Shown: positions 1 to 11,987, counted from the stretch's first letter. The stretch: 64,000 bases of DNA from an uncultured Methanosarcinaceae archaeon (GCA_963847185.1 CAWJYV010000008.1:384001-448000); one strand, 5' to 3'. Program-made: numbers and translations. Notes: generated by a model from the sequence alone, not told the origin.

Positions 1-1
1 G

Positions 2-277
2 GTCGTCAAAAGGGTAGAAAAGGTGAATGACGTGACTGAAGTAAGGGTTCGCTGGTTAGGGCACAGGCTTTATGCGGAAGTGAACATTGCAGTAAACCCC
101 GAGCTTTCTGTAAAAGAAGGTCATGAAATTGCAGTAGAAGTGCGGCACAGGATGCTGCATGGGCTAGGTTATCTCTCAAATGCAGTTGTGCATGTTGACC
201 CTTTAGGTTCATCTGGAGAAGTTTTTCATCGACTTTTGGAATCTGAACATGATAGTCTACATTCTCACTCCCACTAA
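2..277 (+). CDS. Cation diffusion facilitator (CDF) transporter, C-terminal part (5' end outside window)
   Basis: Frame open from window start; VRVRWLGHRLYAEVNIAV...HEIA...VVHVDP is the CDF cytoplasmic dimerisation domain; His-rich tail. Confidence 0.8.
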   Translation, partial: VVKRVEKVNDVTEVRVRWLGHRLYAEVNIAVNPELSVKEGHEIAVEVRHRMLHGLGYLSNAVVHVDPLGSSGEVFHRLLESEHDSLHSHSH

Positions 278-299
278 ATTTCAATATAAATTTTCAAGT

Positions 300-1256
300 T
301 CATACTCTTGAAATCTCTGCACCATTATTCTCTGCTCTGGTCAGCATGACAGTTCCGCCTACCGACTCATCAAGCATTTTCTGGATTTCCGCCTGAAGTT
401 GTCTGCCTTCTGCTTTATTGTCTACAAAAGAGTACACTACGGGTCCAAAAGAACTTACTCCGGCTCCGTAACTCCTACTGCGCATAAAGGATGCGATATC
501 TTTCACAAAATTGGGCCAGATAAGGCTCTCTCTTTTGTTAAATCCTACTTTCTGGACATGATTTACAGCAGCCCCAAAGCTTTCGATATCTTGTTCTATT
601 ATTGCAGGCATCATCTGCATGAGCACAACATGGGCAACTTCCCTGACTTCTTCTATCGGGAGGGGACAGAATTCCTTGAAAAGATTAATCTCTTCCTGGT
701 CATGAACTCCCTTCTCATCAGGAACTGCTACAACTATATCCCATTCTGGAAAATCTTCTCTGAAGAGCACCGGTCCAGGTGGAACCTTGCTGGCGGCAGA
801 GGGCATGAAAGCTCCCTTGTCTTTAAACCTGTGCCCCCCATCAACTATGAATCCACCCTTCTCGAAGGCAGTCACACCTATCCCGGAGGTCCCTCCTCTT
901 TTTACTGCGAATGCAAGTTCTCTAACACTTTTTCCAAGTCCGTACAGTTCGTTAACTGCTGCTGCAGCAGCCAGAGACGACTGAGTTCCTGACCCGAAAC
1001 CTGTATGTGAAGGAATAAGTTCTTCAACATTGATCCTTACACCTTCTCCTTCAGGAAGTAAGGCCTCTACAGCTCTTTTCATCCGATCGGCAAATCCCTG
1101 CAGACCAGAGATTCTGGTTTCTTCAGCTTTTTCTGCCGTGATTTTCACATTTGGAGAAGTAAGAGTTAGCCCTGCTCCCCCGTCCACTCTTCCGATCTCG
1201 GCATTCATGTCAATAAGGGTTATATGAAGCCGGCAAGGAGTAATTATTTTTATCAT
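300..1256 (-). CDS. mptG: Beta-ribofuranosylaminobenzene 5'-phosphate synthase (GHMP family, methanopterin biosynthesis)
   Basis: TPCRLHITLID, GRVDGGAG, HTGFGSGTQ, RGGTSGIG, GGFIVDGG and SSFGP motifs; start placed at MIKII (ORF extends to 1283). Confidence 0.88.
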   Translation of the reverse strand: MIKIITPCRLHITLIDMNAEIGRVDGGAGLTLTSPNVKITAEKAEETRISGLQGFADRMKRAVEALLPEGEGVRINVEELIPSHTGFGSGTQSSLAAAAAVNELYGLGKSVRELAFAVKRGGTSGIGVTAFEKGGFIVDGGHRFKDKGAFMPSAASKVPPGPVLFREDFPEWDIVVAVPDEKGVHDQEEINLFKEFCPLPIEEVREVAHVVLMQMMPAIIEQDIESFGAAVNHVQKVGFNKRESLIWPNFVKDIASFMRSRSYGAGVSSFGPVVYSFVDNKAEGRQLQAEIQKMLDESVGGTVMLTRAENNGAEISRV

Positions 1257-1685
1257 TTCTGTCAACCTCGGAGAAGGATTCAATTATTTTTGACTTTTTT
1301 ACTTATTCCATATTTTAATTTTGCTGCCGATACTTAATCTTGCAAAATATTTGCTTATTAAGCTTTAAATTTTATGAAAATATCGAAAGATGAAAACAGA
1401 ATCAAAATAATTTCAATGAAAATACAAAAAGAATATATTTCCAAAAAGGAGCATGATATTCCTTGAATACCATGCACAATACATGAAATTGCCTGCGGTT
1501 GGCAGAATTTTCATGATAAAACAGAACTAGTCTTAACCATTTAATTACTGGTCATTTATAAGTTAAGAATCAGTATACTGTAACATAGAAATACGAAAAT
1601 TATGTCAATAATTAAATTGTCATGAAACTAGTTAACTAAGTATTGAAGCTTCAAGTAATTTTTCTTCTTAATTTTTCCGTTTCAA

Positions 1686-3233
1686 TTACTCTTTTACAAT
1701 CAGTGATTCTCCTTTCATTTCTTCAGGTTTTTTTATGCCTAAAAGTTCCAGAAGAGTTGGTGAAAGATCGCACAGCTTTCCGTTTTTAAGAGCTTTCACC
1801 TCGCCATCTCCTACATAAATACATTTTACCGGATTTGAAGTATGTGCAGTATGTGGCTGACCTGTATTCGGGTCTTCCATTTGTTCGGCGTTTCCGTGGT
1901 CTGCAGTTATAAGTGCCACACCTCCTACTTTTGTCAAAGTTTCCACAATTCTGCCCACGCAGGTGTCAACAGCTTCTACTGCAGCAACTGCAGCCTCTAA
2001 AATGCCGGTATGCCCAACCATATCCATATTTGCAAAATTAAGAATTATTATGTCATATTTCCCGGATCCAATTCTTTTTATTACTTCATCCGTAACCTCA
2101 TAGGCGCTCATCTCAGGTTTCAGATCATAAGTTGCTATTTTTGGAGAGGGAATAAGGCAGCGATCTTCTCCTTCATAACATTTCTCTACTCCGCCGTTCA
2201 GGAAAAAGGTTACGTGAGCATATTTTTCTGTCTCGGCAATTCGGAGCTGGATAAGCCCATGCTTGCTCAGTATTTCTCCAAGTACATTTTCCAGTTTTTC
2301 TGGGGGGTAGGCAATGGGCAGATCCAGAGTTTCGTCGTACTGTGCCATACAAACATAGTGAACCTGTGGGTGTGCTTCTCTCTGAAAACCTTCAAAGTCT
2401 TTATTCATAAAAGCCCAGGTAAGCTGACGTGCTCTATCCGGTCTAAAGTTAAAAAATATCACGGAATCGTTGTCTTTTATGCTGGTTATCGGCTGTCCTT
2501 TGGAGTCAGTTACAATGGTTGGTTTTACAAATTCGTCAGTTTCTCCCCTGCTATACGCTTCAGAAACTGCGTCCACGGGATCCCCAACTGTAAATGGGGC
2601 AACTCCCAGAGTTAAGGCATCATAAGCAAGCTTTGTTCTCTCCCAGCGCTTATCTCTGTCCATAGCATAATAGCGCCCTGATACCGTCGCAATCTTAGAG
2701 TTACCTTCTTCCCTGCAGAAGGCTGCAAGTTCCCTGATATCTTCAAGGGCTGCTTTAGGTGGAACATCCCTACCATCAAGAAAAGCGTGTATGTACACTT
2801 TCTCCAGTCCCCTCTCTTGTGCAAGTTTGGTCAGGGCGTAAAGATGAGTCATATGGCTGTGAACGCCTCCATAAGAAACAAGCCCCATTAAATGCAAGCT
2901 TGAATTATGGGCTTTCGCGTTTGAAATGGCATCTAAAAAAGCAGGATTTTCGAAGAAGTCTCCGTTTCTTACGGAGAGATTGATCCTGGTAAGATCCTGA
3001 TACACTATTCTGCCGGCCCCGATATTAAGGTGCCCGACTTCTGAATTTCCCATCTGGCCTTCGGGAAGTCCTACAGCCTCGCCGGAAGCCTCCAAAAAAC
3101 AGGAAGGGTATTCTTTCTGCAGTCGGCTGAGATTTGGGGTTCTGGCCGCCAGGATAGCATTTCCTTCTTTTGCCTCTCTGTAGCCCCAGCCATCAAGGAT
3201 CATGAGCATAAGAGGTTTTCTTGCCTGAGTCAT
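1686..3233 (-). CDS. gpmI: 2,3-bisphosphoglycerate-independent phosphoglycerate mutase
   Basis: [48 protein letters not shown] motifs. Confidence 0.96.
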   Translation of the reverse strand: MTQARKPLMLMILDGWGYREAKEGNAILAARTPNLSRLQKEYPSCFLEASGEAVGLPEGQMGNSEVGHLNIGAGRIVYQDLTRINLSVRNGDFFENPAFLDAISNAKAHNSSLHLMGLVSYGGVHSHMTHLYALTKLAQERGLEKVYIHAFLDGRDVPPKAALEDIRELAAFCREEGNSKIATVSGRYYAMDRDKRWERTKLAYDALTLGVAPFTVGDPVDAVSEAYSRGETDEFVKPTIVTDSKGQPITSIKDNDSVIFFNFRPDRARQLTWAFMNKDFEGFQREAHPQVHYVCMAQYDETLDLPIAYPPEKLENVLGEILSKHGLIQLRIAETEKYAHVTFFLNGGVEKCYEGEDRCLIPSPKIATYDLKPEMSAYEVTDEVIKRIGSGKYDIIILNFANMDMVGHTGILEAAVAAVEAVDTCVGRIVETLTKVGGVALITADHGNAEQMEDPNTGQPHTAHTSNPVKCIYVGDGEVKALKNGKLCDLSPTLLELLGIKKPEEMKGESLIVKE

Positions 3234-3462
3234 ATGAAGGAAATTCCTCACTTGCCAATAAATAGCTTGTTATGGAATTCAGAATTATTATTAATATATA
3301 TCTCAAAAATATATAAACAGTCCTCAAGTATAAGTATTAATAATTACATATTCCTGCAAAACGTAAAAAAGACGGCTCAAAAACGACTGAGAGTCTCAAA
3401 TATAATTCTTATTGGAAGTTCAGGCTAAATTTCCGGTTTAACTGGAAGGAGGATTGGATTTA

Positions 3463-4065
3463 ATGAGTCAAAGCATCAAAGATATTACAAACATTAGTAA
3501 TGTAAAAATAACAGATTTAACCGCGAACCCTGCCCCTCTGGGTTTGATGGGTTTCGGAATGACGACTGTGCTTTTGAATATACACAACGCAGGCTTCTAT
3601 CCGATGAACTCGATGATTCTTGCGATGGGTTTTTTCTATGGCGGATTAGCGCAGGTTATTGCCGGAATAATGGAATGGAAAAAAGGTAATACTTTTGGGA
3701 CTACCGCTTTTACCTCATATGGACTTTTCTGGCTGACCCTTGTAGGACTTGTCTTACTCCCTAAGTCTGAAGAATATGCAGGGTTTGCTACTGCATCATT
3801 TCCTTTTGCTGCTTACCTTTTCATGTGGGGACTTTTCACCCTTTATATGTTCATAGGTACACTAAAAGCAACAAGAGCTCTTCAAGTCGTTTTCCTGACC
3901 CTTACGATCCTATTCTTCCTGCTTGCAGCTGGAAACTATCTGGGCAGTGAGGAAATTCTTAAAATTGCTGGATATGAAGGGATTCTTACAGGGCTTTCAG
4001 CAATTTATGCTGCCATGGGTCAGGTATTGAACGAAATGTATGGAAAGAAAATGATCCCTCTCTAA
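3463..4065 (+). CDS. satP: Acetate uptake transporter, GPR1/FUN34/YaaH (SatP) family
   Basis: [11 protein letters not shown] signature, GNTFG, SYGLFW; six hydrophobic segments. Confidence 0.9.
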   Translation: MSQSIKDITNISNVKITDLTANPAPLGLMGFGMTTVLLNIHNAGFYPMNSMILAMGFFYGGLAQVIAGIMEWKKGNTFGTTAFTSYGLFWLTLVGLVLLPKSEEYAGFATASFPFAAYLFMWGLFTLYMFIGTLKATRALQVVFLTLTILFFLLAAGNYLGSEEILKIAGYEGILTGLSAIYAAMGQVLNEMYGKKMIPL

Positions 4066-4182
4066 AGGATATTTCAGTCTTTATTATTCTTTTCTCGGGC
4101 CAGATGCCCGAAATTTTTATTATTTTTTTATGTCATCTATTCTATTTAATAGAGTAAACTCTTTTTCATTGGCCTTTTCTTA

Positions 4183-5042
4183 GGGTTCTAATTTATATGC
4201 TTGGTAGACAGTTTGTTGTTATGTAAAGTACGTTTATCAAAGTGACTTATCAAATGAACAATGGAAAATAATTAAGCCCCATCTCCCTACTACTCAAACT
4301 AATAGAGGTAAAAAGCGGATTCATCCTTATCGAGAGATCTTGAATGCCATCTTTTATTTGCTGCGTTCTGGTTGTGCATGGCGTATGTTACCCATGATTT
4401 TCCTCCATGGAAAACTGTCTACCATTATTTCCGTGTTTGGAGGAATGACGGAGTTTGGGAATGTATAAATGCTGCATTGAGAACTGATCTGAGAGTTGCA
4501 TGTGGCAGGAAATCAGAACCTAGTGCCGCTATTTTAGATAGCCAGTCAGTGAAAACAACAGAAACACCAGGAGTACGCGGCTATGATGCCGCCAAGAAAG
4601 TTAAAGGGAGAAAGCGTCACATTCTAGTGGATACAATAGGGCTATTGTTAATTGTTGTAGTTCATGCGGCTAATATTCAGGACAGAGATGGAGCTAAACT
4701 TGTTCTGGAGCAAGTTAAGGGTAAATTTTCTAGATTGGAGCTTATTTGGGCTGATGCTGGATATTCAGGTAAACTGATTGATTGGGTTAATTCAGTTTGT
4801 GGTTGGATATTGCAAATAGTAAAGCGCAGTGATGATATCAAGGGTTTTCAAGTTCTTCCAAGAAGATGGGTAGTAGAGCGTACATTTGGATGGTTGGGAA
4901 GATATCGACGTTTGAGTAAAGATTACGAAGGATTGACAGAATCAAGTCAAGCATTCATTTATGCTGCTATGATTATATTATGGTGAAAAGACTGGCTCAG
5001 ATAAAATCATAAAAATGAGAAAATGTAATTTTAAGACAGCTC
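4183..5042 (+). mobile_element. Decayed IS5-family (IS1031-like) insertion sequence
   Basis: Transposase remnant inside; right end ...TTAAGACAGCTC; degenerate left end GGGTTCTAATT; TTA on both flanks (4180-4182, 5043-5045) as a putative 3-bp target duplication. Confidence 0.7.
4223..5012 (+). pseudogene. IS5-family transposase pseudogene
   Basis: YQSDLSNEQW...REILNAIFYLLRSGCAWRML is in a different frame from HDFPPWKTVY...IL DSQSVK...DAGY...RWVVERTFGWL (frameshift ~4391); second shift ~4974 before MVKRLAQ; no in-frame start. Confidence 0.85.
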
Positions 5043-5998
5043 TTAGTTTGGATTTCTTATTTATTCTCAACATTCTTTTAATGCAGGTGAAGGATTTCAG
5101 TTTTTTCCAGCTTCATTAAGTATCGCTAATTATTATTTTTTTTGTATTGTCTCTTTTGATCAATTGTTTTTTATTTTCCCTGGAATATACCTCTGGAAAA
5201 TAGGTACGGGGTTGAGAAAACAGTTTTCGTGTGTCTCTTAATCTGCAGTCCAGTGTTCTCGACATTGGATCAAAACCACTTTAAAATCTCGATAAGGCTG
5301 TTGAGCACTCTAAGCCTCAGTATTCTGCTTTTTCCCCTGAAAAGGAGGAGATTCTAAGGTCCTATCTCAAGTACATGCTTGAGGAAAAATGGAGTGATTA
5401 TAGAAAATGGTTGGAGTAGAAGAGTGAAGTTGTGGTGGAACGTTTCTGCCTTTTGAGAGAATATGGCTTACATACAGTTCTTTTTCTCTGAATAGTTTAT
5501 CCTACAATTGCCTGTGTAGTATTATCTGTTTCTCGCAGTCTTTATATCTTCTTTTCTGATCATGGAAATATCTGGATAAGATTTCTTATTCGTTGACATG
5601 ACGGTTATAGACAAAAATCTATAGTTATCTTTATATATTAAATTCCTGTGCATATTGTTTTTATCTCTTTTTCTGGTGTCCAATTTAGATATACAATTAA
5701 TATCTCAGATCTTTCCTGAGATATTTCTATAACTTTTGGCAAAATTTATTCTGTATCTGTGTAAATTATTCAAGTACTACTTTTTCTCTAATTTACCCTT
5801 ATTTTTTCTACATTTATGGCTACTGATTCTTTTTCCTTGTGAATATCTAAAAATTCGTTATTTTCATAATATAACAGTAGTTCATTCTGCTAATCACTTG
5901 TCCAATCTTCTTTTCTTAGTTTATTCTTTATATCTTATACCACTCTTTGAAGATTCTATTAAATTAATAATATTAGGAAGTCAAATAGTTTTAGCTTC

Positions 5999-6922
5999 AT
6001 GAGCTCCAGTGTATTTTTCGGAAGTATAGGTCAATTTTTCAGGCACAGACGAACGAACACCTACGAATACCGGGAAAAAAACGCTACTCTTGAACTATTA
6101 AAAAGTTCTGTTTTGGTTGCATTTTCAGGTGCACTCAGGATTCATCTAGCTTTTCTATTACTTCAAGTCCAGTCCGATTTGTTTACCTGCATTGCGGGTG
6201 GGCTTGTTATCTATACTGTATACACACTTGACAGAGCTCTTGGCTCTGAAGAAGATTCTGTAAATCGTAAAGAACTAAATGGTTCAAAAAAAGAAATTGG
6301 TCTTGCTGTCTCTCTGATAGCTTTTCTCATTGGGGGTTTTATACTGGCAAAAGAGGGAATGCTTGTACTTGCATTCATACCATTTATAACAGGTTATCTC
6401 TACAGCAAAGGCCTTAAAATTGGGAAATTTTCTTTAAAACTCAAAGGTGGACTTGGAGTTAAAAATTTTATTGTGGGTCTTACATGGGGGATCTTCATTG
6501 CAGGGCTTGCAGGTTGTAAATGTGGGAACCTTATTCCTGTTATTATGGTTTTTACTTTCTTTGGAGTTAAACTCTTTGTCAATTCTGCTATTTATGATTT
6601 CAAAGACATCAAAGGAGACACTCTTGCAGGTATCAAAACTCTTCCAGTAAGTCTTGGAGCAAGGAATACTCGTAATCTTCTTGCTGGAATGCACCTTTTC
6701 TCTCACATGATTCTCGGAATTGCTTCAATTTATGGAATTATTGCTTTCGAGCCTCTTGTTATTTTCTACAGCTTCATATGCGGTCTGATCTGCATTCAGG
6801 GTCATACAAAATCTGATGATGAAGATCTTCCCTCCCGGAATTTAGAAAGGACTTTTCTTGTGGACGGAGAGTCAACTTCAATTCTTGGACTCCGAATGAT
6901 TGCAGGCTCTTTACTTGCATGA
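5999..6922 (+). CDS. UbiA-family membrane prenyltransferase
   Basis: YTLDR...EEDSVNR and YDFKDIKGD...GIKTLPV Asp-rich motifs; multiple TM helices. Confidence 0.85.
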   Translation: MSSSVFFGSIGQFFRHRRTNTYEYREKNATLELLKSSVLVAFSGALRIHLAFLLLQVQSDLFTCIAGGLVIYTVYTLDRALGSEEDSVNRKELNGSKKEIGLAVSLIAFLIGGFILAKEGMLVLAFIPFITGYLYSKGLKIGKFSLKLKGGLGVKNFIVGLTWGIFIAGLAGCKCGNLIPVIMVFTFFGVKLFVNSAIYDFKDIKGDTLAGIKTLPVSLGARNTRNLLAGMHLFSHMILGIASIYGIIAFEPLVIFYSFICGLICIQGHTKSDDEDLPSRNLERTFLVDGESTSILGLRMIAGSLLA

Positions 6923-7076
6923 AAGATATCTTTTCAGTTTAAATAAAAAATAGTATAGTCTGATAGATATCGGAAAACTATCAAATTCATCTTAACTTTA
7001 TAGGACTGAAGATACAGAACCCTCAATCCGTACTTTCCTATTTCATCTTCAATTTTTTCTTTAATCTCAGTATAAT

Positions 7077-7871
7077 TTACAAATTTTTTATCTCAATCGA
7101 GTTTTCTTTATAATGCTTAAAAAGATCTTCTCCCCACTTGACTGATAATGAATCAAAACCTATTAGATCATTTCTGGGGTCAAAGGTTCCATTTTTGAAA
7201 AAGAGCGAAAGGGATATGAAGCGGTCTGTTACCACAAAGGCTATTTTAGCATTGTCATACACATGAAAACTTGTATTCTTTAATTTAAGGAATTCTTCGA
7301 TTTCAGCGTTATGCTCACTTTTTATTTTAAAGAAAACATTTGGAGTAACGATAATGGAAACAGGAATATTCTTACGGGCCATTTCCAGGAACATGGTGGG
7401 GTGGCTTGGAAGGAAAATAGATGTAAATCCCATGAAGCGGTTAGAGGTTTGTACGTTGTCTATAAATGTCTTATGGGAATCATAAATATGTTCATGTTCA
7501 TCTCGTACAATCCTGCACTCTTTAAGTTCCTGAATCCTGGTCAATAAAGTCTCAGGAATTGCAACAAGATCATGGTCTCTCCAGAAATCTTCGTTTGCTT
7601 CTATGGCTGTGAGGGTATCCAGGAAGGGCTTGTAATATATGGCTGAAACTCTCCCAAGAGGGGTTAGATGATACATTCCATCCTGCCTGACAATCATATT
7701 TGCAGTTTCCATTTCTTTCAGGCGAGGCAGGATCTCAGGTGATCTTACATCGAAATAATCTTTGATGTCTGAAAGAGTTTTGGGACCCTCTTGAAGCTGG
7801 AATAAAATATCTTTTCGTTTTTCAGAAAAGGTGAGAATACTTAAAAGTCCTGTGGATTTCACTTTTATCAA
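7077..7871 (-). CDS. Winged-helix transcriptional regulator with C-terminal DUF1724-like domain
   Basis: SEKRKDILFQLQEGPKTLSDI...ILPRLKEM...YHLTPLG wHTH; FWRDHDL and WGEDLF typical of this Methanosarcinales family. Confidence 0.8.
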   Translation of the reverse strand: MIKVKSTGLLSILTFSEKRKDILFQLQEGPKTLSDIKDYFDVRSPEILPRLKEMETANMIVRQDGMYHLTPLGRVSAIYYKPFLDTLTAIEANEDFWRDHDLVAIPETLLTRIQELKECRIVRDEHEHIYDSHKTFIDNVQTSNRFMGFTSIFLPSHPTMFLEMARKNIPVSIIVTPNVFFKIKSEHNAEIEEFLKLKNTSFHVYDNAKIAFVVTDRFISLSLFFKNGTFDPRNDLIGFDSLSVKWGEDLFKHYKENSIEIKNL

Positions 7872-8633
7872 CCTGTTATTTTTTATGATTGTTCTGGAGA
7901 CAATTAAAATTTTCTAACTTCATTTTTAAGTTCATAAGTAGTTTCTCCGTTTCTGATTCACAGTAAATGAGATTTAATTTTTTGATTCTTCTCATTTTTT
8001 ATATTGAATGAAGGTGAAGCTCATATCTGAGTGATATAATATTGCTAGAATGGTATACGAATTCAAGATATATTATCTTTTTTAAGAGTAAACAATTTTA
8101 TTAATACTTCTTTCCATCATTCAAGTTTCTATGTATCTGTCTTCCGAAAAGTTGGAATGAGTGTCCAAATAAAGTTTCCTTGAATTTAAAAAAAGCCTGT
8201 ATGTTAATGGTATCTGATTATTTTACTGATATATAGCTTTGAGCCGGATATTTAGATAATAGAAAGAAAATCATAAACAAAAAATTGACATTTAGGATTT
8301 GTATTTTAGCAAATAATTATCAAATGTAAAAATACATAGACGAAAAATCCGTCTGATGTGGGTGCTAAATATATTGGAGTAAGTTGTTAGTAAATTGGTA
8401 CATTCTTTCTAAACATACTTAAACTCTATACGTTGAACTCCGTTTTATGCTCAGTTACAAAACATTTGAATAAATATGTAAAAATAGAGCGAGCTCTATG
8501 TAATTCTTTTTAAAAAAAGATTTTGTAAATTAATTTGCCCTGCCGTGAGATGGCAGGATTATTAGAATTTAAGTTTTGTTTATTCTTCATGCGCGTCTAT
8601 TCTTCATTACTTATTTATTTCTTGTTTATTCTC

Positions 8634-10250
8634 TCAATGGAGAAAATGACGCATACCTGTAAAAATCATGGCAACGGCAAGCCGGTTTGCAGTAGCAATA
8701 ACCTCACTGTCTCGGATTGATCCTCCTGGAGAAACTACATAGCGGATGTTGTTCTCTGCAGCGTAGACAATACTATCATCAAAGGGGAAGAAAGCATCCG
8801 AGGCCATTACACATTCCGACATGACCTTCTGACAGTATTCTTCGAAGGGGATGTCAGGCTGTTCTCTTGCATAGATGATCCTGAGATTTTCGACAGCTTT
8901 TGTAGCCGCAAGTTTGCGAATCGAGTCCACTCTGTTTGGCTGTCCTGCCCCCATAGCGAGCACCATGAAGAATCCTGGTTCGTACTCATGAGCAAGAATC
9001 ACTGCGTTGGATTTAGTTGCTTTACAGGCTTTTATACAGAATTCCGAAAGAGAGCGCTTCTCTTCAGGATAGGGAATATCTGTAACTGATTCCCACTTTT
9101 CATACACTCCTGTATCACGGCTTTGCTTGAGCATGCCTCCGATTACGTATTTATATGTGTACTCTGTCCCGAAAATTTCTCTGAGCTCAGGGAGTTTCAG
9201 AAGTCTCAGATTCTCACTTTTGTTTTTCAGGTATTCAAGGGCATCGTGCTTGAAGTCAGGAGCAAGAATAATTTCTACAAATTTTCCGTTCAGAAAAGTT
9301 GCCGCTTCAAGATCAAAGATTTCATTCGTGCAAATTATGCTTCCGTAAGCCGAAATAGGGTCCCCATCCCAGGCAGCTTGGAGAGCCTGCAAAAGTGTAT
9401 TTCCAGTAGCAAGTCCGCATGGGTTATTATGTTTTACAATTGCCACTGCAGGGGATGAGTTTCCAAGTTCTTTGACCGTCTGGAGGGCATTATCAGCGTC
9501 TATATAATTATTATATGAAAGTTCCTTCCCATGAAGCTGGATTGCTTTTGCCAGGCTAGGTCCTTTGATTTTGGGATCTTTATAGAAATTGGCTTCCTGG
9601 TGCCAGTTTTCTCCATAGCGAAGTTTCACTCCGTCAGTAAATTTCATATGGAGTATTTCTTCCCCTAGAAGAGTCCTGCTCAGGTAGGTATCGATAGCTG
9701 CGTCATAATCAGATGTGTGCCTGAAAGCCTTGACTGCAAGGGCAGCCCGAGTTGATTCAGCAATTGTCCCACTTGAACGCAGTTCTTTCAGAACATGCCC
9801 GTAATCCGCCGGGTCAGAGAGCACTACCACCGAACGGTAGTTTTTGGCTGCCGAACGGAGGAGAGTTGGGCCTCCTATATCTATATTCTCGATAGCTTCT
9901 TCGAGTTCCACGCCTTTTTTCGAAACCGTTATCTCAAAGGGATAAAGGTTCACAGCCACCAGATCAATGAGGGAAATATCTTCTTTTGCAGCTTCTTCCA
10001 TCTGTTCTTTACTGTCCCGCAGGCATAAGAGCCCACCATGAATTCTTGGATGGAGAGTTTTGACCCTTCCTCCCATCATCTCAGGAAAGCCTGTAACTTC
10101 CGAAACATCGGTAACTTCAATACCGGCATCACGAAGAATTTTCGCTGTCCCGCCTGTCGAGATTATCTTCACGCCAAGTGATTCAAGCCCGCGTGCGAAT
10201 TCTGCAATTCCTGTCTTATCTGAGACGCTGAGCAATGCCCTTTTTACCAA
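8634..10250 (-). CDS. purH: Bifunctional AICAR transformylase/IMP cyclohydrolase
   Basis: RALLSVSDKTG, GRVKTLHP, IDIGGPT, LRYGEN, KHNNPCG, ASDAFFPF, RHFLH. Confidence 0.96.
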   Translation of the reverse strand: MVKRALLSVSDKTGIAEFARGLESLGVKIISTGGTAKILRDAGIEVTDVSEVTGFPEMMGGRVKTLHPRIHGGLLCLRDSKEQMEEAAKEDISLIDLVAVNLYPFEITVSKKGVELEEAIENIDIGGPTLLRSAAKNYRSVVVLSDPADYGHVLKELRSSGTIAESTRAALAVKAFRHTSDYDAAIDTYLSRTLLGEEILHMKFTDGVKLRYGENWHQEANFYKDPKIKGPSLAKAIQLHGKELSYNNYIDADNALQTVKELGNSSPAVAIVKHNNPCGLATGNTLLQALQAAWDGDPISAYGSIICTNEIFDLEAATFLNGKFVEIILAPDFKHDALEYLKNKSENLRLLKLPELREIFGTEYTYKYVIGGMLKQSRDTGVYEKWESVTDIPYPEEKRSLSEFCIKACKATKSNAVILAHEYEPGFFMVLAMGAGQPNRVDSIRKLAATKAVENLRIIYAREQPDIPFEEYCQKVMSECVMASDAFFPFDDSIVYAAENNIRYVVSPGGSIRDSEVIATANRLAVAMIFTGMRHFLH

Positions 10251-10634
10251 AAAATCACCAATATACTTGGTTTAAAAATTATTAGCTATAAAACTTATGG
10301 TTTACATACTATTATTTTAGAAAGAAATATCTTTTTCTGGAAAATAGGATTTTGATACTTTCTAGCTAATATCTGTTAACTTTTGATCTTAACATCTGAT
10401 CTCTTCATATCCCAACATTTGATCTCCTTTAATATCTACTTTCAATTTTGTAAGGGTTTAATTCTTCAGGTCTTTGATTTTAATCTCATTTTCTATTTTT
10501 ATATCAGGAAATTCTCTCAGGAATAAAGTTTGGGCGAGTTACTTATCCTTTCTAGATAGATTAAGTAAAAGTGTACGTGAGTAGCCTTTTACAATCTTTT
10601 TTCAAGAGGTAGCGTATCAAAAGGGAGGAAAGTT

Positions 10635-11987
10635 ATGGAGAGGGACTATAATGTCATAATTGTCGGAACCGGTACCGCAGGCAGGACTCTTGCTGGCAAA
10701 ATCTCGCATTCAGGATTAAAAATTGCTATTGTTGACTCAAGGGAATATGGGGGTACCTGCCCTCTGAGAGGTTGCGATCCGAAAAAGGTGCTTACAGGTA
10801 CCGCCGAGATCACGGACTGGAATAATCGGTTGATAGGGAAAGGCGTGGGGGCACAAAATCCTTTAATTATTGACTGGCCCCCGCTTATCAAATTCAAGAG
10901 AACGTTTACGGAAGAATATTCCCGAAAAACTGAGAAGTATTTCATTGAAATAGGAATTGATACATATCACGGAAGAGCTTATTTTGAGAATCAAAACACA
11001 GTTGTTGTTGGGGAAGACAAAATTAAAGGGGAATATATTTTCCTTGCTACGGGTTCAAAGCCGAGAAAACTCAATGTTCCAGGAGAAGAGTATGTAGCTA
11101 CAAGTGAGAAGTTCATGGAAACCGAAAAACTTCCCGAAAGAATTGTTTTCATAGGAGGTGGTTATATCTCCTTTGAGTTCGCTCATGTAGCAAGAAGAGC
11201 CGGATCAGAGGTTACAATTTTGCACAGAAGTGAAAAACCCCTGGAACCCTTTGATTCTGATCTTGTGGATTTACTTTTAAAAGCGTCCGAATCCGCAGGA
11301 ATCAAAATCCTTACAAATAAACCAGTGGTTGCAGTAGAAAAAGAAGGCAAAGGCTTTCTGGTGAGGACTGAATTTAAATCCGGGAACAGAACCGAAGCTC
11401 AGAGTTTCCGTGCAGATATGGTGGTGCATGGAGCAGGCCGCGTTCCGGATATAGAAGATCTGCATCTTGAAAGGGCTGGGGTTGATACTGAAAAGGGTGG
11501 TATTGTAATTAATACGCGTATGCAGACTTCAAACCCTCGCATTTATGCAGGCGGGGACTGCACGGCAGAGGGTGTGCAGCTAACTCCCGTGGCAACCCTC
11601 CAGGGACAGGTTGCCGCATCTAACATTCTTAATGAAGATAGTGCTGAGGTGGACTATACAGGTATTCCGAGTGCAGTTTTTACCATTCCTGTCCTTGCTT
11701 CTGTTGGGGTAAGTGCTCCAAAAGATAGCAGTAAGTATAAAGTAATTTTCCGGGATCGAAGTGGCTGGAATACTACCTTGAGGGCAGGAATCGAGTTTGC
11801 AGCTTCAAAGGTAGTTATTGATGAAGCAAACGACAGGATACTAGGCGCTCATATCTTAGGTCCGAATGCAGAAGAAGCTATCAATATCTTCGCCACGGTA
11901 ATGCGATTGGGACTTAAGGCATCTGATATAAAAAAGTTGATATTTTCCTACCCTACCGTATGTTCGGATATTCCATATATGTTGTAA
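10635..11987 (+). CDS. Class I pyridine nucleotide-disulfide oxidoreductase (glutathione reductase-like)
   Basis: GTGTAG FAD motif, GGTCPLRGCDPKK redox disulfide, GGGYI NAD(P) motif, C-terminal dimerisation domain ending in YPT. Confidence 0.88.
   Translation: MERDYNVIIVGTGTAGRTLAGKISHSGLKIAIVDSREYGGTCPLRGCDPKKVLTGTAEITDWNNRLIGKGVGAQNPLIIDWPPLIKFKRTFTEEYSRKTEKYFIEIGIDTYHGRAYFENQNTVVVGEDKIKGEYIFLATGSKPRKLNVPGEEYVATSEKFMETEKLPERIVFIGGGYISFEFAHVARRAGSEVTILHRSEKPLEPFDSDLVDLLLKASESAGIKILTNKPVVAVEKEGKGFLVRTEFKSGNRTEAQSFRADMVVHGAGRVPDIEDLHLERAGVDTEKGGIVINTRMQTSNPRIYAGGDCTAEGVQLTPVATLQGQVAASNILNEDSAEVDYTGIPSAVFTIPVLASVGVSAPKDSSKYKVIFRDRSGWNTTLRAGIEFAASKVVIDEANDRILGAHILGPNAEEAINIFATVMRLGLKASDIKKLIFSYPTVCSDIPYML

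Noticed and set aside
5736-6002. 88-aa hydrophobic ORF upstream of ubiA
   Set aside because: TTG start and F/L/Y/I-rich composition expected from AT-rich non-coding promoter DNA
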